Shown: positions 11,628-25,732, counted from the whole stretch's first letter. The stretch is DNA of 63,511 bases, filler included, from Platydemus manokwari (GCA_037951405.1; 5 parts of 5 records of this genome joined end to end with filler, not necessarily neighbours in it); one strand, 5' to 3'. Notes: generated by a model not told the origin, from the sequence alone. A program made the numbers and translations.

Positions 11628-14179
11628 TATATTAGTATATAACGGTATTATATGCATACATGGTTCAAAATAGAACATTGTATTGACATTTTCTAATTCG
11701 CACACATTTGTGGCTATTTGTTTTTCACGATTTTCAAATTATTTTTAACATAAACGTCAATAAAAATATATCGATCTATCATTATCTATAAAGATTATTT
11801 TCAATGACGTAAATAATATCGATTTAATTTTATAGTAGTGATTGATGTAATAGAAGAATGTCATATGTAGAAGGGATGGATTGTTGTCAAATCAAGTGTA
11901 ACGATAAATGATATGGGATTTTATTATCATTTCTTCTTTCCATAAATTCACCGTTAATGGATAAGTAATTTTCAATATTTATTAATGATTTTCCATGGTT
12001 TTCGGACAGATTGCCAGTATCGACCACTCATCAATCCAAACCACTATCATCTGATGTATAAAGTAAATCAATTTTGCAATCTCTCAATCAATATGTTTAA
12101 TAATTCGCAGGAATTATTGATTATTGGTGAATATTTTAAATAAGAATTGAATTTCAATTTTGTTAAGCACAGTTCAATTGGGGGAGAGAACAGTGACTAA
12201 TATTAGACCCAAAAATTCGACAGATTGCAATTCAAAATTGGGTCAAAAGGAAGAAATTCATAAATTACTACGACACTGACAATGGATGGGTATGTTAACA
12301 AATGAACGATTCGTTGAATCCCATGAGGAGTGGCTTTGTTGGTTATTTATTTACCAATGAACATGTGATTTGTGTTGTAAACATTTGACAGGCAACGGTA
12401 AATTATTCAATATCATTACAGATGCTAAACACACCAACAAAGTGGTGGTCATGTTTTAGCTGCACTCTTTACATACCCACACACACACACCTACTAACTT
12501 AAATACCTCGATTAAAAAAATCTTAATTGTAAATGACAAATACAATTTGGTTATAAGTTCTATCAAACAAAGTATGAAAATAAAAATATAAATATATATG
12601 GATTATTTTTTGAAAAATCTATAAAAAACCATTTATTTGGGACAAAGTCCACCAATAATTATCATGATAATTAATGTGGGTAAAATCGATTAATGAATTC
12701 ATTGCTGTCATTTTTGTTTTGTCATTGAATGATAAATGAGTTGAATTGATTTTGTTTTTCTTGAAATATTATGCAATTAATAAAATCAATAATTAATTAT
12801 AAAAGTAGCTTCACAGTGAAACAATCGATGAAAAACAAAAACGAATAGATAATACGAATAAAAATAAGCAAAACACAATGTATAACATTAGCAAAAAACT
12901 AATAATAATCGTCTATTGCTTAGAAATTCTGAAGACGATTTACCCCGCGTATTACAATTTTTATTCAAATTCTAATTTAGGCAGAACTTTGTGCACACGA
13001 CTTCGTAAATAAAGCGAAAAAATAGAATAAAGTAGAAATGGGTGGATGGATTGAGAGAATAATTCATTTGTCAGTGTTGGTGTGTGGAATTATTGTGAGT
13101 GCGGACAAACATTGTTTCTCTGATGGTGTATGCATGCAAACATAGCAGGTTGATTTGAATAGTTGGAGAAGAGAGGGATTGTTTCAGCAACGATTTGTAT
13201 TATATAAATTTGACTTCTACTCTCTGAAAATTTTAATAGAATAAAAATCGATATTACAACGTTATTGTGGAAATAACAATAACAACAATAACAATTCTCA
13301 TTGATAACGAAATGGTAACATTGAGAAAATACATCATTCATTGACATAATGTCGGATAATTCATTTGCAAACCCACTTTGTAAATTCATTCGATATAATT
13401 ATAATGAATAGGTTATGTAATTCGTTAAATAGTTTATTTACTAGCGTTTAAAACTATTAAATCGCCTCAAATTGGTTACGTCATCCAAAAAAAACACAAC
13501 ATGCTATATTAATAGTGGTGCGAATGAATTCATACCATTTATTCATCGTTATCAAGTGAAGTTTGCTGGAACTTTTATGTGTTTTGTTTTATCAACAACC
13601 ATCGGTAATTATTTACAATTTTATACTTAGTATTATCATTATATTAATATTATAATTATGACAAAACATAATTTTACGTTTGGTCTTTAATCGATTGTTA
13701 TCAGTGATGAATGCGAGTTAAACAATATAAAAATACAAGAGGATGTTGTTGATATTTATACGTACAAGATATATTTCAATAAATTTGTCGATTTTTCCAT
13801 ACGTGTTCAATATATAGCTACACACAATCATCAGATAAGTAGCAAACGACACTGGATTGTGCACACACACACTTGTAATCATTGATCGAAAGTCGGGTTG
13901 GCCAATGAAATTGTAGTAATAAAGATTAGCATACAGACTGGCAAAGTTGCTTTGTCTAATTTATTTATTTTAGAATCAACTTGTTAAAATGTTGAAAACG
14001 ATTTTTTATATGAAAATTGATTATTTTATTATAGCATAGATTAAATTTTTCCATTTATTTTTGCAAAGTTGGAATTTTATTAGTGCAACTTTAGAACATA
14101 TAATTCATTGATTCAATTGCGTGGGAATTGTTTTGGAAATTTTCTCTGGCAGTGTCCGATCTTCGTTCGATTTTGAAAA

Positions 14180-16590
14180 ATGCTGATGCAGAAACATTCT
14201 CCAAATAATAATGCTAAAATCGTAGAAAATGACGATGTGAATTCCAATTCTTCACATTCGAACGGAAACTTCTTTCCAGGTAGGAATGCCTCGCTGGCAG
14301 GTTCGGAATGTAATGATGACAAGTCCAACGATCCTTGTAGCAGTGGTGATGAATCCCACGAGCAAGACAATGCAGAACAAGAAAATCAGACTTCATTTAT
14401 TGATAGTTCTAATCGAGACCAGTTTAAACTTTCGGCGAAAAAGAAAAAAAAGAAAACTGTTAAAGTGAAATTTTCGGGTAGCCAGGACGATAAAGCTGGA
14501 ATTAAATTAAAAATCAGAAGAACAAACAACTTCAATCAGGATGAAAATCACGTAATTGTTGATCCTGCAGATCAACAGAGAAAGCGGCATTTGAAAAACA
14601 AACGTAATAAATCAGATTCACAGGAAAATGGCGCATATAAATCGAAATCACAATTGGAAGAGGTATCAAATACCGTTACTAGTGACGACAGTCTTCCGCA
14701 AAAAAGGAGTCGTGCTGATTCCGAGGAAGAAATGGTGAGTTTGCGGATGATGTAGTGAATAAAATCGATTTAATGAATTCTTAAGATATCGAAAGTTTCT
14801 GTTGGAATAAATACATTATCGAAAGGTACAGAAATCGATGAATCAGTGTTAGGGCCATGTCAAGCTGGTTCGAAATTAACATTAGAAAGTGTAGTTTTGA
14901 TGGAAACTCAATCAGGTTTTCATATTCGACATTTTATCATTTGCTAACATAGATTTTCAAGGGATTTTAATTGTGAGCGTTCAATGGCGAGGCAAGACTT
15001 TGATGGGAGCTTTAATGGAATCAGAACGATTTCAGATTGGAACACTGTGAGTGATTTAAATGATAAAAATAGACTGTTTTTGATTAGTAAATTTGATTTT
15101 TTTTTTATTTTAATTATTATTATTTCAATTTCTGTCAGTCTTAATGGATCTTTATTGATTTTTTAGTGAAAAAGACACGATATATAGAAGGGAGAAATTT
15201 ATGGGTATGAATCGTAGGAATACCCGCAGAAAATCAAAAAATCTATTCGGTAAAAAGAAACGCAAAACAGCCACACCACCAGACCCGAATGATGTCGGTG
15301 GGACAGAAAACGAAGCTGGAAATAGTGACATCGATAATCCATATATTTGTGATAAAGAAAATTGCCAGATGAAATTCTCAGATTTCCAAGCGTTACGCAT
15401 TCACATCTATCAGAATCACAGAATGAAGGACGGGTTATCCGTGAAGGAGGAGCCGTCTGTAAAAATCGAAGCCTCTATGGTAATCAAATCTGAGCCGAAT
15501 GTCATGGGAAATGTGTACGTGACGTCGGAATCGTTATTTCCGATGTTGAAGCATTTGCGAACAACTGACTGTAACAAACCCAATGAAATTGTGAGATCAG
15601 ACCAGTTACCTCTTGGGGTTCGGAATCGACCGAGCCCCTTACCTGAAGTGATCAGCACAAATCAACCATCAGAAGAAAGAAATAGTTTTAGTCCAGCTTA
15701 TTCAGACATCAGTGACGCGAATGAAGCTCCAGTTCTTGAAAACGAAGCCGAATTAAAACCACCATCCTCATCGTCACAACCCCCTCTTAACCTCTCCTTA
15801 TGCCATAACCCTTCCCTCCATGCAGCAAACAGATTATTTTCTCCTACTGCACCAGCGTTGCAACCGGAGGGTCTGTGCTCAGGGCCACCTCTATCGAATT
15901 TGCGATTATCTCACGATACCAAACTGCCAAATCTGGCAAATTATCGTTATCCGATATCGACCAAATTTGATCATCAAGAACCAACCATTTTTTCCAATGG
16001 TTACTTGCACAACTTATCAAACAATCACAAATCACAAAACGGAGTGCTTTCCCTTCATTCATCATCAGGACCACCCTTATCAGAAAATCATCCTCAGAAT
16101 GTTGTCAACTCTATCCAAGATCTCTCTATGAATAGTCCCCTTAATTTGTTATCAAATAATAATAACAACAACAGTAACAAAAACACTAGCAGTAGCAGCA
16201 ACAACCACCTCAAATTTCCACACCATCAATCCAATCACAAAACTGCACCAAGTATCAGTAAGCCAACGACCCTTCATCAATCAAGACATCATTCTCTTCA
16301 TTCACATCATCATTCCATCACTAATGGGTTTCCCTCAAACCAAAATTCCAAGCATTCTACATCTGTATCTTCATCAAATCAATCAGAAAATATTAGTTCC
16401 AATCAGACTCCCCCTAATGGGGTGGGTTTTTCTCATATGCCCTTAATGTCTTTCGTTACATCTGTGAACAGCCCAACTCCTAAATTCAGTGAGAATTCGA
16501 TATTTTATTGTGATTCATTGTGTGTGTTAATTATATTTTATTTCGATTTCAGATTATCCTTATTCCATCACTCGAAGTTTTGATTTTTAG
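14180..16590 (+). CDS. ZNF608/ZNF609: ZNF608/ZNF609 (Drosophila scribbler/brakeless)-family C2H2 transcriptional cofactor, ~709 aa
   Basis: Exons 14180-14734, 14786-14915, 14962-15046, 15167-16488 and 16553-16590 (2130 nt, in frame, GT..AG). Spliced exons 2-3 give LGPCQAGSKLTLESVVLMETQSGILIVSVQWRGKTLMGALME, matching the family block LGPCEPGTSVNLEGIVW.ET..G.LVVNVTWRNKTYVGTLLD. Also a single C2H2 finger (CDKENCQMKFSDFQALRIHIYQNH) and the conserved SPAYSDISD motif. AATAAA at 16825-16830. The last intron is less certain than the others. Confidence 0.9.
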
Positions 16591-18827
16591 CAACTTTCCG
16601 CTTGTTATTCGCGTAGTGTAACGTAGAGAAACGAATTGTGTTGTCCACCACAGCCCCACAATCTTCAGTCGTCTTGTATAAAATGCTTTTATTCGTGGAA
16701 AATTGAGTTGCGTTACTTTTCAAATGTAATGATCGATTTGACCATTGATTTCACCACAACACAAGCACGGAACTTGTTTTATAATGGAGAAAAATCGATA
16801 CTTTCATGTTGAAAATTTTCTTTGAATAAATTTAATCCTTGTGTTGCGTAATGTATCAGTTTCTATTAATTGAACACACTATTACATCATTACGATTATG
16901 AACATTTACTGTTAGTTATCAACGAATATTTTTATTACTCATTTAATGTTTGTTTATCTAGCTTCGTGTCCCTGAACTTAGGTTTATTGATTTTTTTCTG
17001 GGAATTTCTGATCGATTGAGTAAATATAAACTATTAAGTGGTACGCGTCCTGTTATAAGCAAATCGATATTTTTAATCTCACCAATACTCTATTTGCATA
17101 ATTTTACTTCAGTAGAGAGCAATAATCTGATATCGGTAGTAGTACCATTTTATTAACATCCCTATTTCCAGTAAATAAACAATATCGAGATGTTCTTAAA
17201 GTACATCGATATTTTGTTCAGAGTTGGGATTTTGTTCCACAATGTTTCAATCTTAACAATCGAATATGTGACAAAGATGGCTATTGCTATGATGTAGCAT
17301 CGATATGTAACTATGGCATAAAATTTGATGAATAAAAATTGTCTTTGCTAAAATCGTTTTAAAAACCAATAATTCGCTGTAATGTATATCATTAACTGCA
17401 CTGGCGACTAATGTCAAGATTCACAGCCAATAACAGCTTAACAAAAACCTATTGTGGACACGTAAAGTGAACAATTTAAATGGCTATCAAAGGAAACAAA
17501 AATAAAACGATGGATTAGCCTTTTGATATTTTATCAATCTCCCAAGAGTTCTTTGAAAATATCATTAGAATTGTTTCTCGCTATTAGTTTCCCCAATATT
17601 ATCTCACGCTTGTTTCAATATTTAAGGGCTTTTGGTTATCAGAGTTATTCAGTTTAAGTCTCGTGAATTACAAACTGGTTGCGTGTACTCTATTATTTTC
17701 TTAAATATTCCTAATGCCCCCCCCCCATATTTCTATTGCCGATTAAAATTACGTATTGTTTAACTGTGGATTTATTTTTATTCCATTTTTTTAAAATTCT
17801 AATAACAATTTAATTTCATAATTCATCTGAACTTTATTTTGATTGGATTGCCAGTCAGTAAATATGATGCCGATTTATTTTTATTCTATCTCGTGCTACC
17901 GGTATGAAGCGAGCATTTAGAGAATGTATTTGATTTTATTACACGTTTCCATATTACTTACTAAAACTATATTAATGCTGTCGTTAGCGATGTCGGAATT
18001 AAAGTTTTGATTTCGCATAACATTCGATAAGTGCCAGCTAAAATATGATGAATTCCATTTTATATTTTGATGTTCTTTAATAGTTTTAAATAGTTATGAC
18101 TGAAGTCCATCGATTCCATAATTTAAAAACTACTAAATTTCAATCGGTGGTTACGTAATCATAATGATATTTTCTTATATTTTTAGAATTTTACAGTATG
18201 CAACCATTATATGTTGAATTTAATTGTAATTGGTTATTTCTGAAATCGATACAATACACATGGGCAATAATTCGATCATCATTACAGTATTATTAGAAAC
18301 ACGCACACACACACTCAAAGCGGGATCAGTTTCGTCATGATTTATTGATATCTTTTGAAATGTTGAAAAATCATTTGACAGAAATGAATTGTAAAATATC
18401 GATTGACCATGATGGCATATTGTTCTTGAGAACAATCATTTAGAAATAATTCCTCGACCATGGTGAATGTATAAATCTAAAGTGAGATCAATTCAATTTA
18501 AAACAGGCTGTAAATTTATTTCACCTTTAAAATTGCTATTAAGACAAATATAAACAACTGATTCCAAGTGATTTCTTTTCATTAATTTGTAGACAAGATT
18601 TATCGTAATGAAGTGGATTAGTTTTATCTATTCAAGTCATACAAAATACCAAATACTTATCCAAACTGAAATAAATTCAGGTATGCATAGGCAACCATTT
18701 TATTCGTAACTGAAAATTAGATATTATTCTCTCATTCCCGTCTTTTATTTTCGAACCAAATGTTAATGTTTTGTGTTCTCTTTTTCTATATTTTTAAGAA
18801 ATGTTTTCTCTCAAGTTTATGTATATA

Positions 18828-18986
18828 CCTTGCGGTTCACAAGTCCCCGTCTCTAAAACAGTAAGAACAAACTAAATGTATTGAGTTGCTTTAATGGATA
18901 AAAAACATAATGACAGTAAGTATAAATTATTTTGTGTTTTGTTGTTTGATTTTAGTTTTAGGGACAGAGACTTATGAATGTCACGG
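18828..18986 (-). mobile_element. 159 bp MITE of the same Tc1/mariner family as 11084-11627, inverted
   Basis: TIRs CCTTGCGGTTCACAAGTCCCCGTCTCTAAAAC / GTTTTAGGGACAGAGACTTATGAATGTCACGG with TA flanks. Both subterminal segments align in reverse complement to the two ends of the 11084 element. Confidence 0.85.
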
Positions 18987-20124
18987 TATATATATAAACT
19001 CTAATATTCTGTAATGCTGCTTTTCTTGTCCTTTATTAAATACTTCATCAAAGACATCATATCGACTTATAACGAAACAAACACTCGGGTTCAACCCATT
19101 TAATGCTTCAGTTCCTGTATTTAAATTTTGGTTCCTTAAAGAATTCCTTCTTTTAATTGATCATGAATTAAATCAAATTAATACAAATTGTATCTTTGTA
19201 CTCAGAAGGTTACTGATTTTTTGTTTAAGATTTTCAAAAGTGATTTATATACTTAGAGACACCCTTTGTCAAATTATAGCTTTATTCCTCTTATGTTTAC
19301 TTTTGTAAATTATTGGAACCAATTGAAACAAAATAGGACATTCTGCTTATCGTGTGACCTTGACAATCAATATTTATTCCATTATCATGTCGATTTCTAC
19401 TTATAATGAACTAAAGGAATAACAATGTAACCTTTAAAAGGTTATTCGAAGCTTTCATCAAAATCTAATCGTTATTGATTTCAGTTTCATATATCAAGGC
19501 AAATTACTGGAACACAATTAGACTGAAATGTCAAGCTTAAATTCAATGTAAACACACCAAATCATGCAATGACAAGAAATCCAAGAATCTATTTCTAAAT
19601 CAATAAAATTCTCAAATAGATAGTGATAGATGAAAACACGACATAATAGCCGGTGCTGCACCTGGAAAAAATTAATAATGAAAACTGATTAGCTTGTACA
19701 AAACTACGATGGTCAGTGATAATATATTGAATGAATACTCTCAACATACAAGGGAAAAACAAAAATAATTGTTTATCAAATCTACCGGTTATTGTTTATG
19801 ATTATTTCTTCCTTATTCCCGTTTTCTAAAAATAAAATTAACTCTTTGTCAAGATATTTTCATGATTTTCATAAATTTTCAAATTGTTCTCACCTTTATC
19901 AGACTTTTTCATTTTGCGAAAATGGATATCTTTGCTTTGGATATATCGATGAAGACCTGCAAGGAGTCTACGTGGGCTAAAAAAATTGGAGACTCAATGG
20001 GAAGAATTTTTCAAAAATGGCAACAAGCAGTATAATGAATACAATTTTAAAATTAAAAAAAATTATTAAAATTTAACCTTGTAGCTTTATCAAGTCGGGA
20101 TATTCACTCGTTGTCTTATATATG

Positions 20125-20416
20125 TACGCATACAGCGAATTGCACTGGTGCTAAGCTTTTTTCTCGGCAATAAAACTAACCTTATTTATGAGATAATTAG
20201 TTTCAAAAAGGAAAATATTTAATAATAATAATATAAACTGGTAATTAGGCACGTATAAATTATATTAAAATGTTCTGAATTTTTTGCCTTTTCCCATTAT
20301 AGGAACTTCACTACTGTTGAAATTAAAATCTTTTATAGTGTATAGAAAGGAGGTCTACCCAAAACCGAAAAACACGACAAGGAGTCTACCGGAGAAAAAA
20401 CGTTTGAGAACCTCTG
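20125..20416 (+). mobile_element. 3' remnant of hAT (Charlie-like) DNA transposon
   Basis: TTTGAGAACCTCTG (20403-20416) is the reverse complement of a Charlie-type TIR, CAGAGGTTCTCAAA, and is followed by GTCTATAC (nTCTAnAn-type 8-mer target). Upstream WC*AFFSAIK (~20146-20175) resembles the hAT dimerisation motif YLCE.GFS...K. A more decayed similar end lies at ~19961-19999. No left TIR found. Confidence 0.5.
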
Positions 20417-21225
20417 GTCTATACTATGACAATGATTACATTTCTTATTTTTACACTGTCGAAAAGTCGATAGTGGTCTATAAATTTAAAATGACAGAAA
20501 CTCAAATTCAAATCATTGAAAGGGAAATTTGGTTTTTACGAAATTCAATCAAAAATTGTTTGATTAACTGACTCTAACTAGATATCAAAAATTGTCCCAA
20601 TAGTAATCAGTGTCATTGTTACTGTTAATTTCTAAAGCATATCACTTTTTGAGCAGAGATTTTATATCAACGATGAGGCAGAGTTAAAACTAAACAACAA
20701 ATCAATTTATTTAAAGACCACATAATTGATTTTGTTTAAGTTAATCTGAAGCGTAATAATACAATTTCTAGATGGGTATTAATCGTTAGAAATGATTGTA
20801 GCAAATATGGAATTTCGTTCAATTTACCCGTCTATACTCATAATAAATCGATAATATTTTTCAACAATTAAATATTGGAAAATTTCTGTAATTCTTCTAG
20901 CGATTAATTACAACAACAATTGTTTCAATCATTTTAATTGCTCAAAATATATATGGTTTATGAGTTCACGAAATGATTATGCAGCACATCACAAGCTTTT
21001 AAAATACTTTTCCGTTTTTTATTAATATTTGATGTTTATTTTGAATTCCATGTTTTTCAAGTAAAATTTCTGAGCGAAGAATAAATTTTTGCTGAATTTA
21101 AAGCCAATTTGAAGTCAATTTAATCAGAACAACACAACTGTTGTCGTGAGAATCGTCTCATAACAATACGTTTGAATGGAATGATAAAAATAAAACAAAC
21201 ACTGAGAATTTTTAAATGAATGAAA

Positions 21226-21360
21226 TTTTTAAAGATTTAATTCAAATTTTATATAAATTATATTAATTTGTTTATATAATTGTATTTTAATATATAATTC
21301 AGTGCTGTGACTTTTCGGTTCGTTTTCAATGCGTGTTTTATAAAATTGTACCGGCTTACA
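21226..21360 (+). mobile_element. dispersed repeat end, copy 2 (terminates ...CCGGCTTACA)
   Basis: GACTTTTCGGTTCGTTTTCAATGCGTGTTTTATAAAATTGTACCGGCTTACA plus ~80 bp of upstream AT-rich sequence aligns with 32509-32644. Confidence 0.75.
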
Positions 21361-23445
21361 GCCATGTCTCGTGAGATCGGGAAAAATAAAATTCACTTAA
21401 AATCAAAATATTTACGGCAAGTACAACATACAACAGACAAGAAAATATTTTTTCTGTCAATATTATAGCCTAAAGTTTGGGTTTTTTTGAAACGGAATCT
21501 TGCTCATTCAACATTTCGGAAATGTCGAAATATCCAAAAATGGCTTAAAATATGTGCTCCGAGAAATGCATTATCCAAACTTCGAAATTGCATCAAGAAG
21601 AAATAAAACCAATAGACGGATATTATAAATTCGGTTCTGCGAAACAGATAACTTCAACATCATTTCTGCACTTTTGCATTGTTATTGTTCTGGTTCAGTT
21701 ACCATGTTAGTAACCATCTATTAGTAACTATCGGTTTGTAATTATTTTATTTACAATATGGATTATTATAATCGTACCATAAAACGAATTAACTTGTCAT
21801 GAAAATTTATCCATAATTAACGTAATAATAGGTACGAAATATTACTGTTTTGGTACAAATGGTTCTTCAATGTAATAAAACATTCCAATCTAACGTTAAA
21901 TAATATTATTTCAAATTCTTCAAAGAATATAATAGCTGCAGTTTTAAATATCGAAATCGATTATCGAAAATAAATTGATAAAATATTTAATTATGAGATT
22001 CATTTCGAATTTCTTGGTTTTGTTAAAATTTAATTTCGAGCCTTCTTATTTACTTATCGAATCTCGACAAGTAACTAACTCATAGGGTGTTTCAATCAAT
22101 AATTCATTCACTGGTGGATTCGAACACACCGTCAATCGATTCAACATAATCATCAACTCATTATAAACTTTATTATGTCACATAATGAATTGTGATTAGA
22201 TTTTATTTTAATGCTTAGCATGTCCCTCACATAATTCGTTTTTTCAATTAGCTGTAAATATTGACTGTTGGGGCATAAAATGGTTTTTAAACCTTAAAAT
22301 CATTAAAGAACGAAAATGATATTTGTGAAATTAATTTTAAAAGAAACCAGATTATCTTTTAAAAATGCGATGAATAATTAAAATCTACATGATATCAAAA
22401 CTATTTAAAAAACTATGTTAAAAATAAATAGACCATATTAATATTTATAAAACCCAAGGATCTTATTAAACAATACCGTTAAACTCTTAGCATAAAAAAT
22501 TATTAAAATAAAGTTGAAATGTTTTTTAAAAAGAAAAGATATAATATAAAAATGTGGGAATTTTTATATTTTGATAAAAAATGTAGACAAATCTCACGGG
22601 GCAAATTTTGATTTTGAAAATTTTAAAACTGGGTTTAAATATATTAAATAATATATTATTGTTCTGATAAAAATGACTTGTGATTTAAATCTAAGATGAT
22701 GAAGAAATTTTGGCAAAACAACAATATTAATTATTCTTTTAAAGAAAATTCCGTTTTATTCACCAAGGAAAAGATTCAAGCGAAAGGATTTGAATAAATA
22801 GAGACAATCAGATTTGACATGGCAAAACTAAACGAAGGTAAATTCATGACATGCTTATCTAATTCGATTTGCTTTACCAAATATATCTTTGAATTGAAAA
22901 TTTCATTGAAGAGAATTGTTCTAAGAATGATCTGTTAAATTGAGAGGATAGCATTGTAATGATTTGAAATGAATTATCATGGGACTATTAATATTTTAAA
23001 AATAATAAATTATAATTAGCTTATAAATTCCAATAATAGTAACAGCAAAATAATAATATATTCAACTCAATTGATGACAAAGTACCAAATATACACTTTT
23101 ATTGCTTTATTGGTAAATTTCGGATATCTATAAAGATTATTCAGGAAAATCAATGAGATAAGCGTACAAACACTCATATCAGGTATTACTAAAGAGTCTC
23201 TGCTATTACTGAAGAGAATCACATGGGTTTTATTATATTTGAAATATAAATTATTTTATTTATTGTGATTCATATAGGTTGCGTTTCAGTAGAAGTAGAT
23301 TAAAAGGACAAAAGCTCAATACTTTTACGATACTTTTTATCTGACATGAAATCCTGATTTTACGATTATCTTATTTTGTTTTATTATCTTTATTTGTTTT
23401 CTACAATTAGTTCCTATTTTTGTATCATTCATATTATACAGATCG

Positions 23446-23511
<66 letters not shown>

Positions 23512-23521
23512 ATTATTATTA
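23446..23521. repeat. (ATT)n microsatellite
   Basis: Directly visible; runs into an assembly gap. Confidence 0.95.
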
Positions 23522-23621
23522 NNNNNNNNNNNNNNNNNNNNNNNNNNNNNNNNNNNNNNNNNNNNTTAATTAATTAANNNNNNNNNNNNNNNNNNNNNNN
23601 NNNNNNNNNNNNNNNNNNNNN
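23522..23621. other. assembly gap with artificial TTAATTAATTAA linker
   Basis: 44 N + 12 nt linker + 44 N. Confidence 0.95.
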
Positions 23622-24642
23622 GGAACTAATAATATTTCAAAATCTAATAAAATTTATCATAAATAATCTTGATAATAATGATGTGTGGTCTAAATAACAA
23701 AATTGTTGCGATAAAGATCATTAATAATTATTAGAAATAAATAAACATTTCGACATAATATTTATAAAATTAGAATATTGTTTTAATAATTGATGCTAAA
23801 ATAATTTTGTGAAACGTAAATCAATTTCTACGGGATCTCACTCAAAATCTCTTATGGTAATTACTCCTTAATTAACGAGTATCCGTTGTTTCGAACATCA
23901 ATAGTTCATTCTACTTTATTATTGGTGTCATATATGAAATGTTTTTTGAAACTTTTCAGTGGAAAATCCAATTACAGATTTGACCAATTCTCTCTAAAAT
24001 TATAATTTATTAATTTTACTAATTTAATTATAACACACACTGAAAAAGTAAATTCTAATTTTAATGAATTATCATTTTTTATTACACAATACATTTTATG
24101 AAGAATAAATAACTTCTAGCACCGATTTTTATTTTAAAAAATCTCCTATTCCAGCAATTTTCATTGAGCTTCTGAAACTTCTAATTAAATACATCAACTG
24201 ATATTAAGACAAAGATATTTCGTAGAATCGAGAAAACGTCTCGTATTAGCCTTTGAAGTTCTTTTAAATTCATTGTGTTAGGTAAGGTTAATATGTTACT
24301 TAAAATACAGATTTTAAATGGGGATAGCTGGTAATTTATGACAATAAAAACCAACTCAACTAATTGGAAAAAGTTCATTCACTCTTTCACTTACATTTAA
24401 GACAAAATCCGAAGAACCATCATCTTAAAATAAAGCTATAAAAATGTGTTAATTTAATAACTATTAATTTTTAAGGTATTACTTTAAAATAATTATGCAT
24501 TTATATATGATCATCTAGGTAATATTTTATAACACAGGACCAGGTTATTCTTTCGAATATATTTTTAATCATGTGTGTCTGTTTTTGGCATGCATCGATA
24601 TCGACACTGTATTTGAAAATTCATACGGAAGAAAATGTGATC

Positions 24643-25732
24643 ATGCAACATATATGGAACATTGAAATCTTTCTCATTCCTGCACTTTTAGTTTTCTATG
24701 GATTGGCAGTTTTGATATTTGTATTGGTTATTTATTTTGATGTGAGATTTTATTTATAGTTTATGCTTTATACTTTGAATACCGAATCGAAAACTAAAAT
24801 ACCATTAAATACTGGGATATTAATTCCTTTTTGATATTAGAGATATTGTGAAAATCGAAAGCAGGGAACCTTTGGCAGAACCTTTCGAGTGCTACAATTA
24901 TTTGAGTTGAATAAGCTGAGGAATTTAATTTAATTGGGATTAATTAAAACAAAATATAATAAATTAAATTCACTAAATTTAATCTAATTAAATTGAAACA
25001 ATTAAATTTAATTAAATAAATCGTATTTTAATTAGAATAAATTAAATTGACTAAAAAGAAAATTATATATTTAAATACATTTATAAGCAAAACAATATAA
25101 TTTTATACAAAATTTGAATTAAATCTTTAAAATTAGAATTTATTTAAAAATTCCCACAATCGCTAAATATAATTAAATTAATTTATATCATACTAAACTA
25201 TACTCAATTAAAATAAATTAACTTTGATTAAATTTAATGGTATGTTTTGTTCTGTCAAGAAAATTAAGAACTTACAAAAATCGACATAAACAAATCATAT
25301 TAATTGCGATAATCTTTGAAAATGCATCTCAACGATGTTTTAACCGATTAATTAATTTGGCGATGGTGAAAATATATGACAATTTAATGACAGAATTCAT
25401 TACCCTTGGACACTGGCTGCGTTATTTGTTCGTCAGGCCAATGCATCCCGAGGAAAAATTTTAAATTATATGATTAGAAATCTTTAATGTTGACGAATAG
25501 CTGTGTTCAATGTCACTCAATTAATAATAAAATCTATGCGCGTATTTCCGACATAATAATAATTGGCATCCTAATCGCTTTTTCTCAAAGTACATTTTCA
25601 ATTCCCATACGTACTCATTGATAATTGCACTTTTGATAGGCTGGAAAAAGAAGAAGAGAAATGCGTAGAAAGGATGAAAATTTTGAGAAACGTTTGAAAA
25701 AATTGGAAGACAATGCTATTGTGATCAAATAA
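24643..25732 (+). CDS. candidate single-pass membrane microprotein (~63 aa), 2 exons
   Basis: Exon 24643-24741 (MQHIWNIEIFLIPALLVFYGLAVLIFVLVIYFD) ends at a strong GTGAGA donor in phase 0. The acceptor TTTTGATAG at 25639 opens AGKRRREMRRKDENFEKRLKKLEDNAIVIK* in phase 0, giving a hydrophobic helix followed by a basic stop-transfer cluster. An in-frame upstream ATG lies at 24571. No homology recognised. Confidence 0.4.

Noticed and set aside
14113-16131. Antisense and alternate-frame ORFs over the ZNF608/609 exons
   Set aside because: Shadow ORFs expected from the higher GC of coding exons.
22111-22131. Minus-strand GGTGTGTTCGAATCCACC resembles a tRNA T arm / B box
   Set aside because: No acceptor stem or D arm can be formed; not a tRNA gene.
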